A DNA stretch of 64,000 bases from Balanoglossus misakiensis (lineage: Eukaryota > Animalia > Hemichordata), in contig CM082581.2 of assembly GCA_040954595.2 (NCBI GenBank), positions 12,026,286 to 12,090,285 of the forward strand, written 5' to 3'. The notes beneath the pieces are model-generated. The model was not told where the DNA came from and searched no databases. It saw nothing but the letters and a program-made list of their open reading frames with translations. A program made the translations under genes and the position numbers. Positions 13,301 through 26,342 of the stretch are shown here, one piece after another (position 1 is the first letter of the stretch; each line of letters starts with the position of its first letter).

Positions 13301-16300
13301 CCTTCCATCATGATGATGATATCACTCTAAATGCAGAAACGAACATAGTATTGTACAGCTGGATATATAAGGTCTTGTGAAGTACATCTTATGTGCACTC
13401 ATCGTCATGAAAATTATGGTGTATTTGGTATTACATGTACAACAAAGTTCAGTTACAACAAGCCATTCAATTATAATTATCTACATGACAACAGTTTGCG
13501 TCACAGTAACGTCATGAAACTGTAGTAAAATTTGCATGTAAATATTCATGCACACACACAAGACATATTTCATTACTTCACGTGACAAGATTTAGTTCTA
13601 GAGCAATTTCCCAGATATTGTTTTTCGCGGAGCTGATCCCGGTAAGAGAATAGTTGCCATATCCCATGGCGATAACGAATCCGAATAACCCATTCTTAAA
13701 ACTCAAATTATCTGAAAATTTATCTCCGCGATGCATCAGTGGATAATACCTTCTATTCCAATTAAGCTTGCCATATGCCTGAAGAGCAAATGTGTCTGTT
13801 TTGCAAATGAACTGCAAACTCCCTCTGTGGGAACCAGAAACGAGACTGTGTTTTCCAATAAACCACATTCCATAGAGATGAACAACCAGTTACAAATACA
13901 AGATTTATGTTATGCTGTCTTATCGCTATGCTTGAGATACTCCTTTCATTAAACGTTAAACAGTCATATAAATGGTTTGTGTTAACAAGCCACTGTACAT
14001 GAATAATTGAATATTTTATCAAAAAGAAAAGGCATCTAATCCGACAATTACTGCACGACAAACTGCATAAACATATACAGACATAGATGTATTTTATGGA
14101 ATGAAACCCAATAAGATCCCTATTCCACTTAAACTCTCAATATTCTCAAACCTATCTATTCGAGACACGCTGTCAACAGTCACTACTTTTCTTTTTGAAT
14201 TTGGCCGGTGAAAATGCTAGTTTTATTTTGCTTGAAACAGGAAAGTAATCTGATTTACATATGTAATAGCAATTTTTGAGATGATGTTCGATGCATAGCG
14301 TCGTTCGCATCACTTCGACGACATTTTCCTGGTGCCATGATGTCTCTCAAACGTCCATCACTCAGAGAGTGACAAATTTTTGTCATGTGCAGTACAGTGA
14401 GATGAGGAAAACAGTTAAGCGATTTTCATTTACTGGGTGGTCAGAAATCACTAATGAAAACGGTCAAGGATCCTGATAAAAGTTAGCTTGGAATGATTGA
14501 TACAATCTCTTGACGATTCTTTCGGGTGATATTCGTTGTTTGTAATTGAGATTAACAACTGGAATCATCAAATAAACTAATGATCTTCCTTTCTGTAATT
14601 TCAATCTCACACATACAGTGTAAAGTCTTCTAGCACATCCAGCCTGCTATTGGCTATTTCTCTGGCAAAAAACAATGCACCTTAAAATCTCTAGGGGAAG
14701 AATGGTTATCGCAATTACATATACGGTACTAACGTCCATATCAGTGTAATGAAAAATGTTTTACAGAATCTTTGAAACTATGATCAAGCGCAACAACAGT
14801 CTATTACAAGATTAATCATTCGAAAAGATTTGAAAGCCCTGTATAAACTGTTCTCACAAATAACTTTGGAAGATGTCACATGTATCGAAATTGTTAAGAA
14901 ACGGTGGATTCTCGTGACCTCTCTCCCGTGCTAACTTGTAAACAGGACATTTTTTGTTGTTGGACTTCCGTTGAACTGTGTTGTTGACTTTTATTTGCTC
15001 TTGCTACGCTCTCACTCTTACAAGAGTGAACAAATCTGCAGTCAGCTCACTCCAGGAATCGACTTGCAAGAGTACAAAGCGTCTCTCCTATAGACCTACT
15101 GGCCTCAGAGTTTAACGGCAAACTGTACGGTTTAATTCGGTAAACCCACGTGTCCTCGGTCGCTTACCAATAGTTAATACGGCAACTTACTTGAGATTGT
15201 GTCAGATTAAAAGCTAACGCTCACAAAGGGAAGATTTCCAAAAAATTACGAGTCGGTGCATTAGTGAAGGGTTATATGGAAATAACATCGTATGTGCGCA
15301 TGCCCTTATTCTGGGGTTTGTCAGGGGACATACAGACATCCTTGACAGAAATACAACAAACACATTGCCAGTTTTCGCATAATTGTTCTGTAACTAATCA
15401 GTGTGCACCTGTTTCTGCTCTCGTGTTAATACCCTAGGGACAAAATCGGATATGTACAGTGTGTGTTGGTGGACAAAAAATCTACAAAGACATTAATTTT
15501 ATCAGACTTATTGATTCATATTATAAGATTCCACTTTCAAAGAAAAGTTCAGCCATGTTATAGTACTCGCTCAGAGATGTGTGTCTGTTTGTTGTGTTGC
15601 GCTTTACAAGGACTTTTTTTTACATGGGACCTTCAACTTCACCTTAATGTTAACTTCAGCTCCATGTTGGTATTTTTTAAAGAACGATTTGCGGACATTT
15701 GTGCAAGTGTTCTGTTTTCTTCGTATAAACCATGAAATTATCCTTGGATTAAAAATCCAGCCACCGACTGACTGGTTACAGTATTAATATTTCCTTCGGA
15801 GAAAAGATTAATTTTCTAGTAACTCAGAGCGTACATTCAGGGCACATACGTTCATCAAGATTAAAAGATTTTATGAAAAGGTCATCCCCTTATTCTCTGC
15901 GTTGAATTTCAATGAAAAAGAGCTGAGTTCTGGAATATATCAATCGTTGTAGATAACTTAAGGATAATTTGGGTGTTACACCATAAGAAGACGACAATCA
16001 TTTTCCTGTGCAGACAGAAATCGGATTGAACCGATCCAGCCTCGAGGGTGAGTTGCACACTGAATAGGGATTTTGGCCAATTTTACGCTTTCAGGCGAAT
16101 TGGGTTGCCTCATCCTGTCACTTGAAGGAAACACGTCTTAGTAAAAAAATACGATTTTTATGTTTTACATTGTATTTTCAAAATGTCACACGAAAAGATC
16201 ATCACCGAATCATCTTATATTAATTTCCACACATACCATAAACATTTTCGACAAAACGAATTCGTATGTCATAGTCATATGTTTGGGATACGATATTACC

Positions 16301-17605
16301 CTCAAGAATGTCATCAACCCTATATACTTCTAGATACATTCTTGTGGTGATATAAATCCAAAATTAACTCCACATTCTCTTAACGATAAAATGTATAGTT
16401 TATAGGGTTCCAGTATTGTCTTTGGTGAGAAATATGACCCTGGAAATCTACATGCAGCATCCCCTTAAATAGAGTAAAGAAAACCAGGCGTGACCTCGGA
16501 GGTCATCAAGAGTTTCGCATGAAAAATTGCCGCTTACTTGCACATAATACGAGCTCCTCATATTAAGGATTTTCGTCTTTACATCTGAATACAATAATAC
16601 AAGGAGCTTACCTTTAATAAAGACGGTGACCAAATCATGACATATCTGTATACTGGAAATGAAATGAAATCACACAAATGTAGCCCTCGGTAGCAGCATT
16701 TCATGAAGTTATTATCAAAATAAGTGTGATCGCAGTCATCCATTCCAAAAAACATTCTAGGTCAAATATAACATTTACATGACAAGATGTAAATATAAAC
16801 ACATAACAGCACATCACAGTATAGGCAACCAACAACATGCACAGAACAAAGTCCAAAGTCCAAAGTTTGCACCATTGAAAGAACAGCCCTATCACCTCAG
16901 TCTGTGATAAATGTCATGGCAACTGAACAATAGTAAACGGATTATAGCCGCAATAACCAACAGTAATTGACGTGGTTAATAATTGCTCTGTCTTCTTCTA
17001 TCTTGCTCCGTCCTGCTATTCTATATCCAGGGTATTGTCGGAGGAACGACTACATGTATCTACGGTAGTTTAGGGAAAGAACCTGTTTTAGAAAGTTAAT
17101 TATAATTTCCAGACATCCTTTAGCTTCACAGTCCATTAGCTAAGGTTATGTGAGATCTATACAAACTGGATATGTAATTTCACTTTTTAGTCTCAGACCC
17201 ACGGTCGGGGTAGGCACTAATATTGGATTTTTAATAAATTGTTGTCACGTAGCATTAAGGAGATTTATAACATCATTTATCTTGCTCAGTTTATTTTGAC
17301 ATCTGACCGTGTTTAAGGGTAAAGTATTGAATATTTGACCTTGTCATTGCGTGGCCCTTGTTAGTAGGCGTAGCTGGCAATAAAGTACAATGAGAAGAAT
17401 GGCCATCCCAATATTGGGTCTCAACTTTGAACTTCAACCAATCAGCAAGGTGTACAACACGCCATATACGTCTAGTGTGCCAAGGATGTCATCTGCACAA
17501 GCAGCAATAGCGCGAAATGCAACGATGGACTAATATTATCAAAGTAAAGAAATAAAACTAAATAATTCATCACGACATTTCTTTCATTTCATCTTAAATA
17601 TTAGC

Positions 17606-17781
17606 TTCCCCGAAGAGATAGTACAATTAAGCCTCTTTAGTCTTACGATTGCGAAATATAGAAAGGTTGTACTTAAGCTACTCAAGATTAGAGGGCAGTG
17701 AAATGATTTTGATGAGCTTAAGTAAGTGAAGATTCTAAGATTATCATGAATTTTAATGATTATCATTAAGTCTTCGGGGAA
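17606..17781. mobile_element. Possible short MITE
   Basis: 11-bp inverted termini TTCCCCGAAGA (17606-17616) and TCTTCGGGGAA (17771-17781), with a TTAAG/TAAG-rich interior. Confidence 0.35.
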
Positions 17782-20537
17782 CGGAAATAGAACACCAACA
17801 AAAATTTAAAAAACAAACTGTACCCCTTAAAACAAAGTCAATGTTTTATTGCAAACTAGGTAATGGACTTGGATGTTTTATGATTTTTCCTCAACCCCAA
17901 AAAGATCTGTTGCGAACAGTTCAGAGCTACTACTAGTATCTTCGACGATTCTAATTCAACCTGTGCCTTAGAAAGACCATCACATAGTTGATCCTTATCG
18001 CTACTGATGGTGCATAAGAGATCATCTAATAAACTAAGTACTACCTGTATCGCTTACACACAACACATATATCATGTACAAAGATGTGTTATCTATGTCA
18101 GCACGAACTGTCTTTCCCATTGGGAATTGACGTACAATTATTCGCAAGACTGCATTGCAAAGTGGTGACTTGAATTACAATGATAGGGGAAAAGAACCAT
18201 TAACAACTTCCATGTTGCAACCTTAAAAGCATTTTGTACTGATTGTGTTCTCAAGCATTTTTTTCAAATTTCACCAAGTGAAAGACGGTGTTTATGTCAT
18301 TTTCTTCTACTACAAAAATTTTACGCTAGTTTTGGAGAGTCTATTTTCAAAAAGAAAACAGTTGTCATAAAACAGTTGAATAAATAAAGAAGTAAATAAA
18401 AGTAAGTAAGTAAATACTAGGCTCAGTGAGAATGTGCTTGGGTCGGCTGTGGGCTTTGGCCGCTTATATCGTATATTCTTCACAGTTTAACAGGATTACT
18501 ATTCATTGGTGTAGAAACACAAAGTCGCCTGACGTTTAATGGTTCTGTCTGTTTCTTCAAGATATCAGATCGAATAACCGGAAGAAAATGTTCTATGTAG
18601 TCACCGTGGCAGAAAGATTGGCTGTATAATCAGATGACGAACATGGATCAATCCCTTTACGCTTTTCGCGCTAAAAGGATTTAATGATAGCTTTTGCAGA
18701 AAGCAACTTCTCTGCGCATGTTGACTTTCTCCATGAAGTAAATAACGCAGACAGAAATATCACAAAACTGTTCATGGCGGTCATGCTGAACTCTTGGTAT
18801 ATGTTGTCACAAACCCACAATAGGAAATGAGATATTGGCTATGACAATATTCTCATAGGGACACATAAAACGAATCCACTCATTTGATTAGAATTTTTTG
18901 TCACAGATAAAAATGTCTTCTGTGAAATCGCATAGCATATACGACTACATGATATATCTTTTGGAAATGTGGCGTCAGGCCCATTAAACATCATTACTTT
19001 CCCCAAACCATGCATAATTCACAGATTTTCCATTCCAATAATTATAATAACCGCGTGCTGTATGGTATTTTAGAGTGTTTGTTTAGGATATAGATTATTT
19101 AGTTAAGAGTAACCTCATTATTGGCATATCGATATTTAAATACCTCAACCCTGTCTGAGATATAAAAAAAGCTGAGCAGAGAAATGAGCGTTTTTGATAT
19201 CATATTACTTTGTTTCCCATGAACGCGAGTTTTGATAAGACTCGTTCGTTTAATATACAGTCACACAGAGCAGTTCCATTGCTAACAAATTCAGCAATCC
19301 CTTTTGTTATCTCCTTTTGCTGAGGGAAAACTCAATGAAACTGTTGCAGAACCTGTCGTTATTAACCTTTTACAATAATTATCTTTTTCCTATTAGATTA
19401 ATATTTCATTACTGTTTTTTAAATCATTCCCGGCCAAACAATCATCGCCATTATCTTTGTATTCAAAGCTCCTATGAGTGATTAATGTTGGTCAGAAACA
19501 TCGGACCCATTCCTGGGGAAGATAAGTATTATTATTTTAATATTAATCAAAAGTAATATTTACGACATTATCGGTCCCCTTTGAAATAATATATCTATGT
19601 TGTGTGTAAATGCACGATTTAGAGTCAACCCTAAGGGATAGATATGCGTGACTACAATGGCAATGTTTCTGGTCTCCAAAGGTTCCTAAGAAGTCGCCAG
19701 GTTAACAGGCAAACGACCTATGCAAGGCTACAAGGGGCAACGTGTCACTGAGAAAACTTACAAGGAAAAGCAAAATTAAAGGGCGGTGGTCCTTAATCTT
19801 TTAGAAGCCGAACACTTGGCAATATATTCTAAATTAATTAAGGTGGGGATAGCATTGGCCAGGCAACACAAGGTAATGTGGGAGTTATTTCAACGATGTC
19901 ATTCTCTTGCACCAACAGCGTAGCCTTTTATGGCTTCAGGGCCTTGTGTCAGTATTTTTAATGTAGAAAATATTTTTTCCGATCGCCATCAATCTACCAT
20001 TTGTTGAATAGCACGTTATAATTACCTCGAACCGCGTTTATGTGTGATGCTGGCCATGGGGAAAAGCGCCAACCCATTTGTGCAGTTCGACTGCCATATC
20101 ACGTCCCAGCACAATTTGTTTAAGCATGTGCATTCGCGCACTTTTCTGAATTACTTTCGGTCGGATTGCTAGGCACGTTGCTATGGACAAACATTTGATT
20201 AGCAAACAAACCAGAACGATATTCGAAACAGGTCTAGTGTCTCTCCTATCTCATGGAAGCAGCGGGTGTGAAACTGGCGACATCGGTTAAAGTTTCTATT
20301 CATAAGTGTTAAATGGGGCGAGTTGTTGTTGATCGCTGCTCGTGTGAAAGATGTGAAAATAATAGGATGGTGTGAGACCATGGTGCATTGCAGCGGGGAG
20401 ATGCAACAACAGCAAAAGCGTCACCCGTCTCTCAGCCAATCGCCAATTAGATTCTAATTTTGTCAGCCTGATAGCATGATGCTCAACATTCATGAATGAT
20501 CACACCTTGCAACCATTTCGGATAGGTGCTGAGACAG

Positions 20538-20609
20538 TGATGAGTTGACACTTTGACATGCTGTTACCCGAATATTCAGGTAACAGCATGTCAAAGTGTC
20601 AACTCATCA
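20538..20609. repeat. Near-perfect 72-bp palindrome
   Basis: 31-bp arms TGATGAGTTGACACTTTGACATGCTGTTACC (20538-20568) and the exact reverse complement (20579-20609), around C-GAATATTC-A. Confidence 0.92.
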
Positions 20610-20642
20610 ATATTCGAATATGGTCAGAATCTGGTCAGGTAC

Positions 20643-20996
20643 CCTGTGGTGACACTCGGGAGGGGGGAGGGTATCCATGCATGTTCCCAAAATCACAGGG
20701 AAGGGGTGATTTTTAGTCCCTATCACTGGTCTGTGAAATTGAGAAAAATGAGTACTTTTAAAAGAACTGGCTAAAAACGGTTTGAAATATCCCGAGAAAT
20801 ATCTATCAGACACCCAACCCGGACTTCACCAAAGTTTCATTGTGCGTTGCTCTCGTTAAAAACTGGTACAAAATCCTGTTCGGGACTCACCCTCCTATAC
20901 GGGGGTGTTTTTGATGAAAAATCCCAGATTAGGGGCATCTTGAAATTGTGTGGAACGAGCATGGATGCCCAAGCTCCGTTTGAGTGTGACCACTGG
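20643..20996. mobile_element. MITE-like element with imperfect terminal and subterminal inverted repeats
   Basis: CCTGTGGTGACACTC (20643-20657) vs GAGTGTGACCACTGG (20982-20996), 13/15 inverted match. Subterminal GGGTATCCATGCATGTTCC vs GGAACGAGCATGGATGCCC (16/19). No coding content. Confidence 0.5.
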
Positions 20997-20998
20997 CT

Positions 20999-21040
20999 CC
21001 GTAATATTATTTCTACACACCGTAATATTATTTCTACACA
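20999..21040. repeat. 21-bp tandem duplication (2 copies)
   Basis: CCGTAATATTATTTCTACACA repeated twice, directly after the MITE-like element. Confidence 0.9.
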
Positions 21041-21084
21041 CCTGATCAAGACTCATCTTTCCTCACTAGGATAGAACGCGTGGA

Positions 21085-21086
<2 letters not shown>

Positions 21087-21115
<29 letters not shown>
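21087..21115. repeat. (CT)n microsatellite
   Basis: CT dinucleotide run visible in the sequence. Confidence 0.9.
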
Positions 21116-24100
21116 GTCGTATTTAGGCCTAGATGAAAAAGGCTGCTAATAGTCTGGCTCCGACAGGATGTTATAAAGACAGTGTTGACAACTCAACCGC
21201 TATATATAGCGGAAAAATTCCAAAAAGTAGCAATTCGACACCAAGCGAACGTAATAGTAAATACCAATTGCTACATTTCAGCGGGAGATTTCATCAACGG
21301 AAAAGGAAGCGCCTGATTGGCTGAAAGGGATCTCCATCAGGATCCGCATGGCGATTCAAAACTCAAATACCAGTTATTTGTTCTCCAAAACTCTCTCTCT
21401 AAGAACATACTTGAAATGGATGGCAACGTCTCCTCTATTAATTGGTGCTCAAATATTAAGAAATAAATTTGGCCACTAACAAAAATGTGTTGTTTTTTGC
21501 ATCCGTTATGTTATAGTTGTATGTTACTGTCATTGATATCCCTATGGTATTTTTAAAAAAGTGTGTCACAGTGATTGAATGTATTGATTTATATGGGTTG
21601 CATTTGGACAAATACTTCGGCTGGTCAACAGAGTCGATTATCTAGATACGTTCAAGCAATATGTTTGATGCCCGCGTTGAGAGTAATTTCATGTTTGAGC
21701 AATTCAAAGAAATCCGAATGTCGCTTTCATTGTGCACTGCTGTTTTCGGCAGACTGTGTGACGAGGGCGCAGAATGAAAGAGACAGGTTGTCTGCGTTTC
21801 ATCTGAGGAAGAAAACTGTCCGTATTGTAATATGACAAGGAAAGAAAAGAAATTGCAGACACGATAAAACAGATACAGTGAAAATCTCGTATTTTATAGT
21901 AACTTCCATATTTGTCATCCGGCACCGCGCCGTACCACAACAGTTCAATAGCGAACAAACTAAAGTAGAAGTACAGTGACCTTTGGGAGCGAGAATTTTC
22001 GCAAAACATGTTCAGTGTGTGGAAACCACTTTCATGTAATTTATTTTATATTACAACCTAGTTAATGCCGACAGTGCATTCTGGATGAATTTACCTTCTC
22101 GTCAATCGTTATTTTGTTGTATGCAAAAGAAATATGGTTTCACATTGATTTGTTTATTTGAGAGCATATCACGCGAAAGGTATGATGTTGATTGCGATCC
22201 CCGTGAGGGAAGGCGATGGGATATTTGTGACAAAACATGAATACGCATTGGGTACTGTACCATGGTGTGAATGCAGTGTTGTCGCAGTGCAATCAACTTG
22301 GTTCAAACTTCTTTTTAGGAAAATCCAATATTCCTCTCAGCTAGACAAGCCGAGACTTGAAAATAATATCCAAGTAAATGCGTCTCATTGGAAATAAAAT
22401 AACTACCTTCCTGACTGTAGAGCGAACAAGCGAGCCTCTCTACGTTTCCGCGAGACGATCCATTTCGACCCTACATCGTGGAACTTGCTATAGTGTATAT
22501 TAGTCTACGTATACTGAGTCACGAAGCTTTTCCCAGAGAACTACCATGATTCAGACATGCGAATGTCATGGTAATGGATTAAGAAAATTGCCTACTGACC
22601 GCCACTTGGAATCGCAATTGAATCTCACCGACAACCATATGTAAGTTAAGTGTTTTGTTTGTGTCCTACATTTGCACAATCATCTCTGGAATAATAAGAA
22701 TTTTGTGACATATTTTAACAACAACTTTCCTGCCAAATCCATGCAATACACAATACGTTTTATAAATGAATGTTATCACATTCATGTACGGACTAGTTTC
22801 AACAATTGATATCTACCAATCTGGCATCTAACTCATCATCTTCTCTTACCCACAAAAAGGAGTGATGATGGCGCTTTTATCGCTTTCGGACTCATATGCC
22901 GCCTGCAATTTAAGACCCTCGTCACGGAAAGAAACACAGTAAGTGTTAGCTATCAATGGACGTGGTACAAGTAATAGTGATTCGATTGCTTGTCTCCTTT
23001 AATGGTCTATTCACGTTTACAGGTCATCAACTGAACGATAAAAGACAAGATAAAAGTCTGGGTCAAAAGACTTGGATCAACTGTTTGTATTTTTCAATCA
23101 ATCATGGCCGCTGCCATTTTCGTTGCCAAGGGTAATTGCTCCCTCGACGCAACGCTCTGTGCTCCAATTGTCCATACGGCATTTGCTAGCTAATCTACGT
23201 CAAAGCATTGGTTGTTGATGAGGATGTGGGGTTTTAACCTCAAAATGAGAACGAGCATTGATTTAGCTTTCGAAGCAGCCACGGCTGCTTGCCGTGCTAA
23301 ATTTCATCCGATTTAAAGGCCTATGACACCCCATTCCAATTAGCACACATTTTATAGTTTCTTGTAGTAGTATTTTACACTCTCTTTTTATTCGGAAATT
23401 TGGGGGATCATCTGCAGTTGAATTGCCTACCAGATGTCCTGGTCAAAACCTACCATTATAACCTTTTATGTTTTTCCCCCTTTTTGATGCTCAATAATAT
23501 GAGGAGATACATCACTGAGAACTTTACCTGCATGTGCGTCGCTCGTTGGCGTTGAAAAGTTTACTTTTTTATCAAAGCTTAAAATTTAGTGGAATATTCA
23601 ATACAGCCAACGACTGACAGATAATTTCTCGTTAGAATATCAACTGTCAGTGAATCGTCTGGAACTTCCAATTTACATTAATTCAAGTTGCTTTTCAGCG
23701 TGTCTAGGTTTGCTTAAGTGATGAAAATCTAAACGCGGATGAATCTTTTTGGTTGAATTGATACTACCTTCGGAGGATACATGTAGTTCGTTCACGTATT
23801 TGAGGATGAAGATTATGGATATTATGGGTATTATGGATACTTTTGGTGAAAACTCTACATAACAATGGTATTAAGTACACTGATGACGTCAGCGCCACCG
23901 GAAAATGATGTATACTCAGTGTCAATTTTTCATGAGGAATTACTCGAGTTTGTTGAGAAATTGATACGACCCTCTCTGGCCCTAAACCCTTCCAGTATAG
24001 TATTAACAAGTTTGGTAGATCATGCGTAACAAGTTGAGACCAGCTGGAACCATATCCGGGTCCCTTGCAGAACTATCTTGGGGTGGTTCCAGAACTCCCC

Positions 24101-26282
24101 CCGAGCGGTTGTACAGCTATAATATAGTATGAGGCAGGGTTTCTTCCGGATAATGGGTCCAATTGCCAATTATTGTGACGTCACTGTCGCAGTTTCTACT
24201 AATATACTTTACAAACTAACAAAGCAGGATATCAAAAGCCTAGCAGAAATACCATTCCCATACACTGGAAGTGAAATATTAAAATGAAATGATGGATAAT
24301 GAATTATAGTCTAGAAACTAGCACATGCAGCCATCTATTGGGCAATAGGTTTTGACGCAGTCCGTCTATTCGCCCTTATTTTTCAAACTTCACCAGTCGT
24401 CCCCAAGTGCACTCAGGTAATCGCATTGCAGCTGATGGAAAGATCAGTTACAACCATGAAATCAATCAAAGTCGGATCTGAAACCGATTCGATTACTTGA
24501 GGGCACATACTAGTATTACCTGGTAATATATTATGTTGTCTTGTTTCACACAGTGTCGATTTATACTGATTGTAAAACCAATACCCAACAAGTGTCTGGC
24601 AACAGGTTCTTTATTTGTCAAATCCAAATCAACAACATCGTCCGCTCCGCACGACTTAATTGGCAAAGTCGTCCTGGGAAGTCTTCCTGCCCGAGATTAA
24701 ACATACCTTGGCTGAACGAAGATGAAATGTCGAAATGATTTGTGCTACCTTCAGCGCCGGCACGCTGGGCCTGCATTCGTTCAAGGGAATCTCAGGGTCT
24801 CTGTCAGACTACCTTTGCTGTTACCATATCGCTCCATCCGGGATCTTTTACTGGAAGAATACTGCCGTCCTACATAACTAAACTTTTCTCCATCCGCGCA
24901 TATGAATATGTGTTTATTGCGGTAGCAATATATATATACAAGAATACTATCTCGTATAAACAAGCCAGTAAACTATGCTTTAAATTCATGTTGTGTCTGC
25001 TGCTTTGGCAACAGTGCTCCTGGTACTAATGTTCGCAGCGAGCAGGTCAAGCGCGATGCCATCTCACAATTACAACTATTGAGTTCCGTTGCTTTCTGGT
25101 TGACGTTACGCTCTCTTCACTTATAAGTAGATTCCCGAGAAGACACTGCTCGAGGACTGATTGTGGAAGTAGGAAGAACAAACACTATACATTGAAAAAT
25201 AAATCGACCGTTATAGTCTTCCGGAAGCAGTGCTACAACTTGAATAAATTGATGTACGATACTTGTGAACATGATCAGACGACTTAAAAGCCGTTGGCTA
25301 TTTCACACAATCACGCTTCTGTGCTTGTTCTAAAGAAAGTTTATTCGCGCGCCTGTGCACAATATTTCACAAACTGCGAGAAAAGTGTATTTTTATAATT
25401 TTTAAAACTTAAATATACTATAGTAAACGCTCAATACCTTGTCGTTATTTCCCTTGCATATGTAATAAAATATGAAAGTTCTTTGCCATAAAGTATTTGG
25501 CTGCAGGTCACGTGACTTGGCTGTTACCGCCATGTTTGTAAGTGTAGTCTATATCGACCACGAAATGCCAATTTTTCCTGGACTGCCTGATTACAACGTG
25601 TTTGAAATTGCAAGTCATTTGACATGAGCAAACAGTCTTGCGGCTCAAATTAACACACTTGAGTAGGTTGATGTGTTTCTTTGCGCTCATCAATCACGGA
25701 AGACAATTACAGAGAAATAGCCATGCAGAGAGCCTGCCGCGGCATATCACGTGGAGATTGCAATCGAATTTGACATGTAATTTTCCCTGTATCGGCTACC
25801 AGACTGTTTGATTTATTGTGACGTTGTTGTTATTTTCAATTGCGTGTATACATATTATATCCAAATTAATGATGGTATATGTGGCGACGTAATTAATTGG
25901 CTGGCTGAGCGAAAAAATATAATGAAACTGGTCACGTGAGATGAAAATTGTTTCCTTGCAAACAACTCACCCCGACGTAAAATATATTTCTTGATAAACG
26001 ATATAGTCTGGTCACAGTCTAATGTTCTCTCCGATACATCTGGCTTCGACATCGTGGGTTTAGATCGCGTTCGCCGTAGATTGTAATTCGCGTTCAATAT
26101 GGTTATGTGATTGGGGTTATGTGGCGGGGAGGGCTTTATTGCAGTGTTTGCTCAGTCACATCATTAAGGAGGCACGCGGGTCAGGGTATTGTTAAGGGTG
26201 CATTAACTGCATTGCAGTAAAATTTAGAGGTATTTTTAGGATCAGTGCGTGGGTGGGTGAGTGGGTGTGTGTGGATGTGTGT

Positions 26283-26342
26283 ATTTATTTATTTGTTTAT
26301 TTATGGATGGATGGATGGATGGATGGACGGACGGACGGACGG
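26283..26342. repeat. Compound tetranucleotide microsatellite (ATTT)n-(GGAT)n-(GGAC)n
   Basis: Seen directly in the sequence. Confidence 0.9.

Noticed and set aside
2868-18262. Partial matches to conserved miRNAs (miR-750-like start at ~2869, miR-252-like at ~18034, miR-137-like antisense at ~18247)
   Set aside because: Only about 9-12 nt match, the rest diverges, and no precursor hairpin is evident.
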